This document shows positions 8,691 to 15,691 of a stretch of 24,583 nt of DNA, piece after piece (position 1 is the stretch's first letter; every line of letters begins with the position of its first letter). A program made the position numbers and the translations under genes. This stretch comes from a virus (taxonomy: Duplodnaviria; Caudoviricetes), in the IMG/VR virus record IMGVR_UViG_3300017761_000580, positions 1 through 24,583 of that record; one strand, given 5' to 3'. A model generated the notes under the pieces. That model had not been told where the DNA came from and did no database searches. It saw only the letters and a list, made by a program, of their open reading frames with translations.

Positions 8691-8876
8691 ACTTGAGCCC
8701 GACGAGCCTCAAGTCAAATCGCAAAAAAAGGAAAGTTGTTCAGGCCGAGGTGCGTTGTTTGAGGCACTTGGCCCCGAACCGCCGAAAAGCGCGGACCCCA
8801 CTTGCTATGCTTCTCTTGTCGCGCCCATTCGGGAGTGACTCCCGGCGTTGACGCGCCGGGGTCTTTGACATTGTGA
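8691..8876 (+). ncRNA. Putative structured leader RNA with hairpin plus boxA-like element
   Basis: Five consecutive stem-loops by eye (8691-8714, 8738-8779, 8779-8794, 8818-8839, 8841-8860), then GTCTTTGACATTGTGA. No ORF in the track. It is the only long intergenic region in the window. Confidence 0.5.
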
Positions 8877-8892
8877 AGAAGGAATAGACATC

Positions 8893-9231
8893 ATGGCACA
8901 AGCCAAGGTGAAGACCAAGACTGACGCCCGCGCTTACCTTGCCATCTCTTTAATCGGAGGTGGGTCGTCCTGGGTCGAAGGCGAAGATCAAGATAAGATG
9001 ATTGCGGCGCTTCATAAACAAGTGCGGAAAGATTGGGAACACCTGTTCGATATTAAGGAGAACCCAGGTGTCAGAATATACGCTCTCGACGGGGTGGAAC
9101 ATTGGTGGGCTGACCACGAAGGCGTGTTCGACCACGATACCAATAGAAAGCTGAAGCTAATCCGGTATGTCGGTTTAGTGCATGACGGCATTGGTAAACC
9201 GCCCAAGCACGTTGATAAAATTTACGGGTAA
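8893..9231 (+). CDS. Hypothetical protein (112 aa), cassette cargo
   Basis: Good RBS (AAGAAGGA, 8876-8883), ATG start, and a terminator directly downstream. No family recognised. Confidence 0.8.
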   Translation: MAQAKVKTKTDARAYLAISLIGGGSSWVEGEDQDKMIAALHKQVRKDWEHLFDIKENPGVRIYALDGVEHWWADHEGVFDHDTNRKLKLIRYVGLVHDGIGKPPKHVDKIYG

Positions 9232-9237
9232 CCTCTC

Positions 9238-9269
9238 GGGGGTGGGCTTAGGCTCACCCCCCTTTTTTT
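9238..9269 (+). terminator. Rho-independent terminator
   Basis: GGGGGTGGGC-TTAG-GCTCACCCCC 10-bp stem (one G-U) followed by C and T7. Confidence 0.88.
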
Positions 9270-9287
9270 ACCCACACCCCAGCCGCA

Positions 9288-9376
9288 AGAAGGAGTGGTC
9301 CGATCTTATCGAGGTGATCGTGTCCGGCTACGTTGAGGGCATGGCGAAGATGGCTGATGATGAAGTGCCGTTTTAA
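9288..9376 (+). pseudogene. Direct repeat copy 2: orphaned original 3' end of the DUF6511-like gene
   Basis: Encodes KEWSDLIEVIVSGYVEGMAKMADDEVPF*. It has no credible start and lies after a terminator. Its TAA overlaps the stop of the convergent gene (TTAA, 9373-9376). Confidence 0.8.
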
Positions 9377-10578
9377 CGGCCAAACAGTTTCGCACCAAGC
9401 GCCCGTTGGTGAACCGCGCCGTCGAATGCCTTGCGGACAGCGCCGCCGTGGGCTTTGCCAATGTCTGAAGAGGCGGCTTCCGCCGGATTAAACTCAGCAA
9501 AACGAGAGCGAAGTTTTGCTGTGTCAAGAATAATGTAACTATTTGGGTCATCATAACTCTTAGGATCATCAGAAATCGTCCGAGAACGCGCTATCAATTC
9601 GTCGATACGTTTTGCCTCATGTGGCTGTAAGTAATTTTCCATTTTAGAATTTAGAAACACGCGCATTTCTGCGTCAGCCGTTGGGCTGTTAGGATTTTCT
9701 GGCGGCTTCGGCATACGTTCATACGCCTTGCCTTGTATATGGCTAACTTCTGAGTTTATCAGCGCCCTCTGTTTTTCCGCCGCAGGCAATAATTGGGTTA
9801 GCTCGCCGTATTCGTTTTCCACCAAATTCTTATATTTGATTGACCCATAACCTTTTTCACGGAGGGCAGCGTTTAAATCATCAAGATTTCTTCGGTTTTC
9901 TGGTGAATCAAGCCAATTATCGGCGTCTTCGTATTGAGATTTTACTTCAGAGGCTTCGTCAACAAGACCATCAACTTTGATTCCTTTCTTCTCTAAAGCG
10001 CGTGATAAAACCTCGCTGTCTTTCCAATTCCCAACATCCTCCATCTCAAGAGATTTACCAAAATTAGTTTTTAGTGGCATAATATTCGCGCCGGTTCTAA
10101 CGGTGTTGCTACGACCTGACGAAAATGGGTTTGATAGGCTCTTTAACCTGTTTTCTGCCTGTCGAGCCGTTCCAACGTGAACGCCAATATCGACCATAGA
10201 TGGGTCAAATTCATTAAAAACATCATGCGTTCCATGAAACACATTTTGCGGATACGCCTTATCAGCTCTCGCCATTCTGCTTGACTCGTCAATCGGCAGA
10301 CCGGACTTACCCACCTTCTGCAAAATCTTTCCCGCTACCCCTTTCCCAATCTTCCCAACCGTAGTTCCCGCGAACCCCATCGCCGGATCATCCATCGTAG
10401 TGGGGCGGGCGAGTTGTTCTTCTAACGGCTTGCCGCGCTGGGCCATCAACTTGCCCACAAATGTTTCTTCTGGGGTCACGCCCCACATATTCACTTCGCC
10501 GCCATCGGCATAAGCCCTAGCCTTGGCGCGGCCAGCCTTCATGTTGTTCAGTGGATTAAGGAACTTGTTCATTTTCAC
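9373..10578 (-). CDS. ADP-ribosyltransferase-like protein (ART-PolyVal-like), last gene of the late operon
   Basis: SRMARA, VFHGT..FNEFD, IGVHVGT..QA, GANIMPL, LREKGYGSIKYKNLVE and SYIILD...LRSRFAEFNP....SSDI match the motif order of ART domains in phage polyvalent proteins. Start may be 10572. Confidence 0.7.
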   Translation of the reverse strand: MKMNKFLNPLNNMKAGRAKARAYADGGEVNMWGVTPEETFVGKLMAQRGKPLEEQLARPTTMDDPAMGFAGTTVGKIGKGVAGKILQKVGKSGLPIDESSRMARADKAYPQNVFHGTHDVFNEFDPSMVDIGVHVGTARQAENRLKSLSNPFSSGRSNTVRTGANIMPLKTNFGKSLEMEDVGNWKDSEVLSRALEKKGIKVDGLVDEASEVKSQYEDADNWLDSPENRRNLDDLNAALREKGYGSIKYKNLVENEYGELTQLLPAAEKQRALINSEVSHIQGKAYERMPKPPENPNSPTADAEMRVFLNSKMENYLQPHEAKRIDELIARSRTISDDPKSYDDPNSYIILDTAKLRSRFAEFNPAEAASSDIGKAHGGAVRKAFDGAVHQRALGAKLFGR

Positions 10579-10780
10579 ATCCCAGCCGCTCGGCCCACAC
10601 GACTGCGTAGTCCATCATCCACCTAGTTGGGCTTGTTAGGTCCGGTGCTGGTATCATCAGACATACCCGGCTTGGTTCCGTACTTGGCTTGGAGACGGTC
10701 CCACACCCGCCTACGGTCAGTATCGGTAATAGGAACAGCAACCCTAGCAATGACGTCCACCGTTTCTTGTGCGTTTTCAA
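10556..10780 (-). CDS. o-spanin (Rz1-like outer-membrane lipoprotein)
   Basis: Basic N-terminus, hydrophobic core and lipobox LTVGGC. Overlaps the i-spanin gene in another frame. Pro-rich mature part. Confidence 0.72.
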   Translation of the reverse strand: MKTHKKRWTSLLGLLFLLPILTVGGCGTVSKPSTEPSRVCLMIPAPDLTSPTRWMMDYAVVWAERLGCENEQVP

Positions 10781-10880
10781 GGGCTTGTTCCGCTTTGCCA
10801 GCGTCGATTAACTGGCGGTCCCTGAAGTACCCGAAGAAGGCACCAAGCGCCCCAAAGACCGCCTTAATCAGCGCGATCAT
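10623..10880 (-). CDS. i-spanin (Rz-like)
   Basis: N-terminal hydrophobic helix followed by a helical segment. Located after the holin and overlapped by a lipoprotein gene. Confidence 0.68.
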   Translation of the reverse strand: MIALIKAVFGALGAFFGYFRDRQLIDAGKAEQALENAQETVDVIARVAVPITDTDRRRVWDRLQAKYGTKPGMSDDTSTGPNKPN

Positions 10881-11068
10881 TTAGAGATAGGAGTCGTCGT
10901 CACAAAACGCAGACCGATATTAACCAGCGCCAGGATGGCTGTTACCACGGTCGCCTGAACTTCAGGCGTCAATCCCAGGTCGAGCTTGAGAACACCGGAC
11001 AGGGCGGCGACGGTGGCGACGAGGTTGACCCACAGAACCCGGCTTGCATACCATTTAGTCGTATCCAT
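10877..11068 (-). CDS. Holin (two TM helices)
   Basis: KWYASRVLWVN...ALVNIGLRFVTTTPI pattern. Directly downstream of the endolysin. Confidence 0.72.
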   Translation of the reverse strand: MDTTKWYASRVLWVNLVATVAALSGVLKLDLGLTPEVQATVVTAILALVNIGLRFVTTTPISK

Positions 11069-11473
11069 TTAAGCCTCCTTGAATAGATCAGTTACACGCT
11101 TTGCACGTTGCGGCGTCTGCTTGGCCCACGCGCTGTCCAGGGCTTCTCTACGGGCCGCATTGTAATCTCGGGCCTGTATAGCGGCCAACATCTTCTTGAA
11201 CTTCAGCACCGCGCCCAGGCCCATTTGGAACGTCATGTTCCCTATGGCGCGCTGAACGCCTGGGGGCTTGGTTTCCAGCCAGGGGAGTGCCTTGGCAAGC
11301 TGGGACTTCACCCGCTCGATGTCGTTTTCAAGCATCTCCATAGCTTCGTCTTCGGTGATGCCGACATCATCTAAGTTACGGCCAACCCCAATGGTGGTCT
11401 TCCCGGCTGGGCACAGATACGGTTTTAGCCGTATGCCCTCGTCAGCGATCAGGTCTTCCCTTAGCCCTTCCAC
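11069..11473 (-). CDS. Endolysin, T4-like lysozyme (GH24)
   Basis: DEGIRLKPYLCPAGKTTIGVGRNL catalytic region, NMTFQMG, FKKMLAA and DSAWAKQTPQRAKR. GTG start at 11473 is likely. Confidence 0.92.
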   Translation of the reverse strand: MEGLREDLIADEGIRLKPYLCPAGKTTIGVGRNLDDVGITEDEAMEMLENDIERVKSQLAKALPWLETKPPGVQRAIGNMTFQMGLGAVLKFKKMLAAIQARDYNAARREALDSAWAKQTPQRAKRVTDLFKEA

Positions 11474-11673
11474 GGCACACCATGAATAAGCAACCACCCT
11501 ACGATAGCCATCAATAGGCCAATGATAGAAAGGCCCATCTTGTCCATGCGCCCTGACACCCTTTCTTGGTCAGCGTGAATACGCTCAAACGACTTCTTGA
11601 TGTCGGCGTACCGTTCAGCACAAATTTCTTCGTGCATGTTCAGACGGGCTTCAACAACGAGCAGGTCACTCAT
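11461..11673 (-). CDS. Small coiled-coil protein with a C-terminal TM helix (holin/antiholin-like)
   Basis: EARLNMHEEICAERY coiled coil then SIIGLLMAIVGWLLI. Directly upstream of the endolysin. Confidence 0.65.
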   Translation of the reverse strand: MSDLLVVEARLNMHEEICAERYADIKKSFERIHADQERVSGRMDKMGLSIIGLLMAIVGWLLIHGVPWKG

Positions 11674-13736
11674 GACGCCATTCTGCCTACAGCGCGTTTA
11701 GCGCGAATGGATGAAATGGCTGGGTGCGTGTAAACGGGGCCACCGGAGGCGTAGGTATTAGAAACAACTTGTCTTGGCATTAATTTGGCAACGTATTTTT
11801 TAGTTTCTAAAGGAACAAAATTAATCCAGGGCCTTCCCGAAGATTCTGATTTTTTAATCGCAATTTTTAACATACCAATGCCACCGTTGTACGCAGCGGC
11901 GGCAAGAATTGGGTCGCCAAATTCTTTAAGGAGCATTTCGTAATAAGCACTACCTAATGCCTTGTTGTATTCTTCATCTCCATAGAGACGGTCACGATCA
12001 TATTCCAAGCCAGCAAGTGCAGCCGCTTCTGGCGCGGTATCTTCCATAATTTGAGCAGCACCAACGGCCCCCATCGGGGATATGACGGTCTTGCCCTTTT
12101 TATCAAATTGCCCAGTAGCACTTTCAATTCTTAACATTTTTTGAAATGTGGGATTTAAGTTCGCGGTGTCTAGTGGCTGCGCGTCAAAGCCAACTGTGCC
12201 TACGGGCACGGGCTGCGGCTGTCCCTGCTCGTCAAGCGCAGACTGCGGCTGCTCTTGTTCGTCAGGCATAATCGCACTTCTTGCGCCAGCTATTGCAGGC
12301 GCGGCAAGCACGTTTTCATCAAATTTACCGCCGCCAGCTATAGAATCTATTAGAGCCTGTATCTTTTGTTTTCTAAGTCTGTTGGCCAGAACATTGGCAG
12401 TCAAAGACGTTGCCGCAATTGCCCCCCCGAGAAGTGGGTCAAAAATAGCACCAGCAGCAAAGGCCGGTCCCTTAGCTATACCGAATCCAGAAAGAGAAGG
12501 AGATAATTCACCCAAAGATTGTAAGGGGTTGCTTACTATACTTTTTATAATCTTTTGCTGATCTGGAGAGTATTTATTAAATTTAGATGGATTTTTGATA
12601 ATTGATCTAAATTTTATGATTATGTAATTAGGATCGTTGACATCTTTAGATGCTCTAAGAATTTCTTCTATTGCCAACATGCGTTTATTTTTAGAAGCAA
12701 GATTCCTGGCTTCCAACAAATAATTCACTGCTGGATTTTGTTGAGATTCAAAAAATTCATCAATTTTATTTAATGCAATTTTTCCAACTCGACCCGCATC
12801 AAGATCGTTTGCTTTAAAAGCTGACTCCGTTTTTTTATTTATGCTTCTTCTAATAAGTTCCAATTCTTTTAAAGTTTTTCCAGAGTTTTTTTGATCTTCT
12901 ATGTAATTAAGAAATGGAGTTATTTGAGGATGTAAAATAGGGCTGTATTCGGCTTTTACGGCGGTGGTCAAATCATCAGCCAAAGTATCAAAATCATTCG
13001 CAGAAATTGAAAAATTTGACTTAAATGCTTTATCGTAAAGCGTTTTAGAAGAATCTTTAATTTCAATTCTAGTGGGCGCAGCACCTTTAAATTTTCTAAG
13101 CGCACCCAACGCGAGAGGAACCCCAATACCAGCTTTTAATCCGGCCATCTCGTCGCCAGTCGCTTCACTTGTAAGCGCACCGGCTTCAGCAGCTAACAAC
13201 TGGGTCTTCGGCGCGGCGGCAAGAAAATTACCAGCGCCTTTAGCGCCTGCTTTTAACAAAGCCCTTCCAGCGCCTACGGGCGTCAGAACATTGGCGGCTG
13301 TTTCCGCGCCAGTTTGTAATAGACGCTCTCCTTTAGTTTCCGCTTCAGGAACCCCTAATTCTGTTAATTTATTTTGCACCGCATCTTTAGAAAGTTTGTT
13401 TGCAAGATAAGAGCCGCCCAAACCACCTATCAAGCCAGCAATGGGCACCGTTACGGGAGCAAGAGGCCCGCCCAAAAGGCCGACCTGAGCGCCTAAAGCA
13501 GCGCCCCCAGCAAAGCCAGCGCCCGAAACAAGCCCAGGCGCGGCACCGCGAAACGCAACACCCGCCTTGCGTTTTAAGTCTTCTAAAGCCGAGCGTTCTT
13601 TAGGCGTGTTGTTTTTTTCACTTATCTCTTCATCTTTTGCTTCTTGATAAGCACGGGCAACCGTATTGAAATCATCAGAACCTTTCTGGTCTTCATGCTC
13701 AACAATCCACTTGGCATAATCTTCTGCGGTTGCCAT
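11670..13736 (-). CDS. Internal virion/ejection protein with C-terminal lytic transglycosylase (SLT) domain
   Basis: RIES...SPMGAVGAAQIMEDTA...AAAAYNGG...ETKKYV SLT motifs. Gly/Ala-rich membrane-like segments in the N-terminal half. Confidence 0.85.
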   Translation of the reverse strand: MATAEDYAKWIVEHEDQKGSDDFNTVARAYQEAKDEEISEKNNTPKERSALEDLKRKAGVAFRGAAPGLVSGAGFAGGAALGAQVGLLGGPLAPVTVPIAGLIGGLGGSYLANKLSKDAVQNKLTELGVPEAETKGERLLQTGAETAANVLTPVGAGRALLKAGAKGAGNFLAAAPKTQLLAAEAGALTSEATGDEMAGLKAGIGVPLALGALRKFKGAAPTRIEIKDSSKTLYDKAFKSNFSISANDFDTLADDLTTAVKAEYSPILHPQITPFLNYIEDQKNSGKTLKELELIRRSINKKTESAFKANDLDAGRVGKIALNKIDEFFESQQNPAVNYLLEARNLASKNKRMLAIEEILRASKDVNDPNYIIIKFRSIIKNPSKFNKYSPDQQKIIKSIVSNPLQSLGELSPSLSGFGIAKGPAFAAGAIFDPLLGGAIAATSLTANVLANRLRKQKIQALIDSIAGGGKFDENVLAAPAIAGARSAIMPDEQEQPQSALDEQGQPQPVPVGTVGFDAQPLDTANLNPTFQKMLRIESATGQFDKKGKTVISPMGAVGAAQIMEDTAPEAAALAGLEYDRDRLYGDEEYNKALGSAYYEMLLKEFGDPILAAAAYNGGIGMLKIAIKKSESSGRPWINFVPLETKKYVAKLMPRQVVSNTYASGGPVYTHPAISSIRAKRAVGRMAS

Positions 13737-13738
13737 TT

Positions 13739-15691
13739 TTATTTACCTGAAAAACCTGAAAGAATTATGTCAGCCGCAGGTCCAAATTTAGAAGTTGAGG
13801 TCGGATTTTTACGTTCGCGTGCTGCTTTATCCTGAGCATCAAATTGTGCTTCTAAATCACTAAGGTAATCATCAACCGGTCGCCCTTTATAGTTGCTTAT
13901 AGTGCCATACTTCCTAACATGCCTAGCCTGTGCTTCTTTTTCTTTAGATGCTGCGCTCATTGTTGAAATCAACATCTGTACTCTTCTTAAATTTTCTTCT
14001 TCACTAAGATTGTCATTATATCCTCTCTTAAGAACGCCCTCGCCTTCTTTTTGAGCAAACTGCCCACCCAAAATTGTACGAAGATCAGATTGAACAACTT
14101 GTTCAACCATCTCTTTAGTTTTTATGGTTTTCTCAAAAAACGTAGACCCAATGAGCGGAACTTTAGAAAGAAGTCCGGCGACAGGTCCAGTTATACCTTC
14201 ACCACTTTCAATAGCGTCTTTAAGAATACCTTCTACTTCTGTTAATTGTTTCAGGTTTCTTGCCGTCGTGGCGGGGCCACCTCTACCGTAGTATTCCGCT
14301 GCATCTTTCCCAGCCTGTGCGTCCATCGCCTCTTCAAATTTAGTTAATCCAGGTTTATTTTTTTCTTCAAGCGCGGCCAAAGTTGCGTAAGTTTCTAATC
14401 CAGAAGCTCTTTCTTTAGCTTTTAGTTCTTTTGCTTTTTCTAAACCTTCTAACCCGACCAACCCGCCTTGACCGATTGATCCAAGGAACTTTGCCCCTGG
14501 CTGTGAAGCAGCAGCCATCGTCCCCAACCCAGCCTGGATCAGCGCCATGTTTATATCGTCTGAAGAAAGTTTATCGCTGCCTTTCTCTTTAATCATTTTC
14601 TTTAAAGTGTCTAAAGAAGTCTCTGGCCGATTGTTTTGTATTTCTGCCATCGCACTTGCATAAGCGTCAGGGTCTATACCAGCGTTAGGGTCAGCAGCAG
14701 GCGCATCGCCCAACACGGGCGCAGCAACAGCAGGTGCGACTTGGGGTGCGGCAGGTAGAGGTGCGGCAGGTGGGGGCGCAGCAGGTCCTGGTGCGGCAGG
14801 GCCGGGTGCAACAGATTCAGGTGCGGCAACAGCGCCAACTTCATCACCAGAAATACTTACTTGTGAAGGATTGCCAAATAATTTACCAAAAGCCCCAGCC
14901 CCATATACGTCAAAAAGGCTTGTACCCACCCCCTCCATCGCAGCAAGCGCCTTTCTAGCAATCGATCTATTTGGATCGTTAAAAATTTTTCTTTCTTCTT
15001 CAATAGCAGCTTTCGCTTCTTTTTGATGTTTATTTACCCAATCTGTAATTCCATCAGACTCAATTTCATCTTCTTTAAAAATGTCAGATAAAGGACGTCC
15101 ACCGTTCGCGTATCCCCTCACCGTGCCGCCGTGTGCCATCGCCCTGGAGCCAAATCGAGCGGCCCGACGTTGCAAGATTTCGTTTGGTTCTCCCGGCCTC
15201 TGGCCCATCATTTCTTGAGGCACAGCGGCCATGAAAGCGGGGTTGATTGTATTCACACCCGCGCTGTCTCCCGTCATCTGCGGCGGCATGATTGAGTTAG
15301 CACCCCCACCCTCGTTATACCCCCGCACCTCACCACCACGCGCCATCGCCGCAACGCGGCTGGCGTCGGCAGCACCCGACATCAGGGCTTGGGTTGTAGA
15401 GTCTTGCGCTGCTTCCGGCGCGGCCTGACGCTGCGCGATTTCGGGCTGCGCTTCCGGCCCTTGGCCCATAACTTCCTGACGGACTGCCGCCATGAACGCG
15501 GGGTCGATTGTACTCACACCCGTGCTATCGCCGGTCATCTGCGGCGGCGGAACGGAAGCGTTTACACCACCCTTCATCGTGTTCAACGCCGACATTGCAG
15601 CCATGCGCTGTTGCGGCGAAGCGCGGGGGTCGGTCATCATCGCCATCAGCATGTCAGGCGACATCTGCTGTTGCATCGGGTTCATCGCCAT
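13739..15691 (-). CDS. Putative internal virion/DNA-ejection protein
   Basis: 650 aa with a low-complexity Met/Pro/Ala N-terminus, ALIQAGLGTMAA..FLGSIGQGGLVG segment and helical C-terminus. Sits between two other ejection-type genes. Confidence 0.7.
   Translation of the reverse strand: MAMNPMQQQMSPDMLMAMMTDPRASPQQRMAAMSALNTMKGGVNASVPPPQMTGDSTGVSTIDPAFMAAVRQEVMGQGPEAQPEIAQRQAAPEAAQDSTTQALMSGAADASRVAAMARGGEVRGYNEGGGANSIMPPQMTGDSAGVNTINPAFMAAVPQEMMGQRPGEPNEILQRRAARFGSRAMAHGGTVRGYANGGRPLSDIFKEDEIESDGITDWVNKHQKEAKAAIEEERKIFNDPNRSIARKALAAMEGVGTSLFDVYGAGAFGKLFGNPSQVSISGDEVGAVAAPESVAPGPAAPGPAAPPPAAPLPAAPQVAPAVAAPVLGDAPAADPNAGIDPDAYASAMAEIQNNRPETSLDTLKKMIKEKGSDKLSSDDINMALIQAGLGTMAAASQPGAKFLGSIGQGGLVGLEGLEKAKELKAKERASGLETYATLAALEEKNKPGLTKFEEAMDAQAGKDAAEYYGRGGPATTARNLKQLTEVEGILKDAIESGEGITGPVAGLLSKVPLIGSTFFEKTIKTKEMVEQVVQSDLRTILGGQFAQKEGEGVLKRGYNDNLSEEENLRRVQMLISTMSAASKEKEAQARHVRKYGTISNYKGRPVDDYLSDLEAQFDAQDKAARERKNPTSTSKFGPAADIILSGFSGK
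15098..15549 (-). repeat. Internal tandem duplication in the 650-aa protein
   Basis: PPQMTGDSTGVSTIDPAFMAAVRQEVMGQ...MARGGEVRGYNEGG versus PPQMTGDSAGVNTINPAFMAAVPQEMMGQ...MAHGGTVRGYANGG. Confidence 0.9.

Larger units (their letters stand above)
8551..9321 (+). mobile_element. 771-bp inserted cassette (moron-like) carrying a replacement gene end
   Basis: Repeat copies are offset by 771 bp. The cassette has its own promoter, leader, ORF and terminator and no recombinase. The crossover point lies somewhere in the 34-bp identical core. Confidence 0.65.

Noticed and set aside
8691-8860. tRNA or known riboswitch
   Set aside because: No cloverleaf with T-loop and acceptor stem, and no riboswitch consensus that I recognise. 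Kept only as an unclassified structured RNA candidate.
8517-9376. Diversity-generating retroelement VR/TR pair
   Set aside because: Mismatches are not adenine-specific in either copy (C/G, T/C, G/C and T/G changes occur), several are synonymous, and no reverse transcriptase is in the window.
9182-9376. 64-aa ORF from the track ending in DDEVPF
   Set aside because: It starts inside the upstream gene without an RBS and runs through the terminator hairpin. Only its last ~28 codons are gene-like, as the duplicated remnant.
14700-14835. GGTGCGGCAG-like short DNA repeats
   Set aside because: Explained by a Pro/Ala-rich linker (APGPAAP..) in the 650-aa protein.
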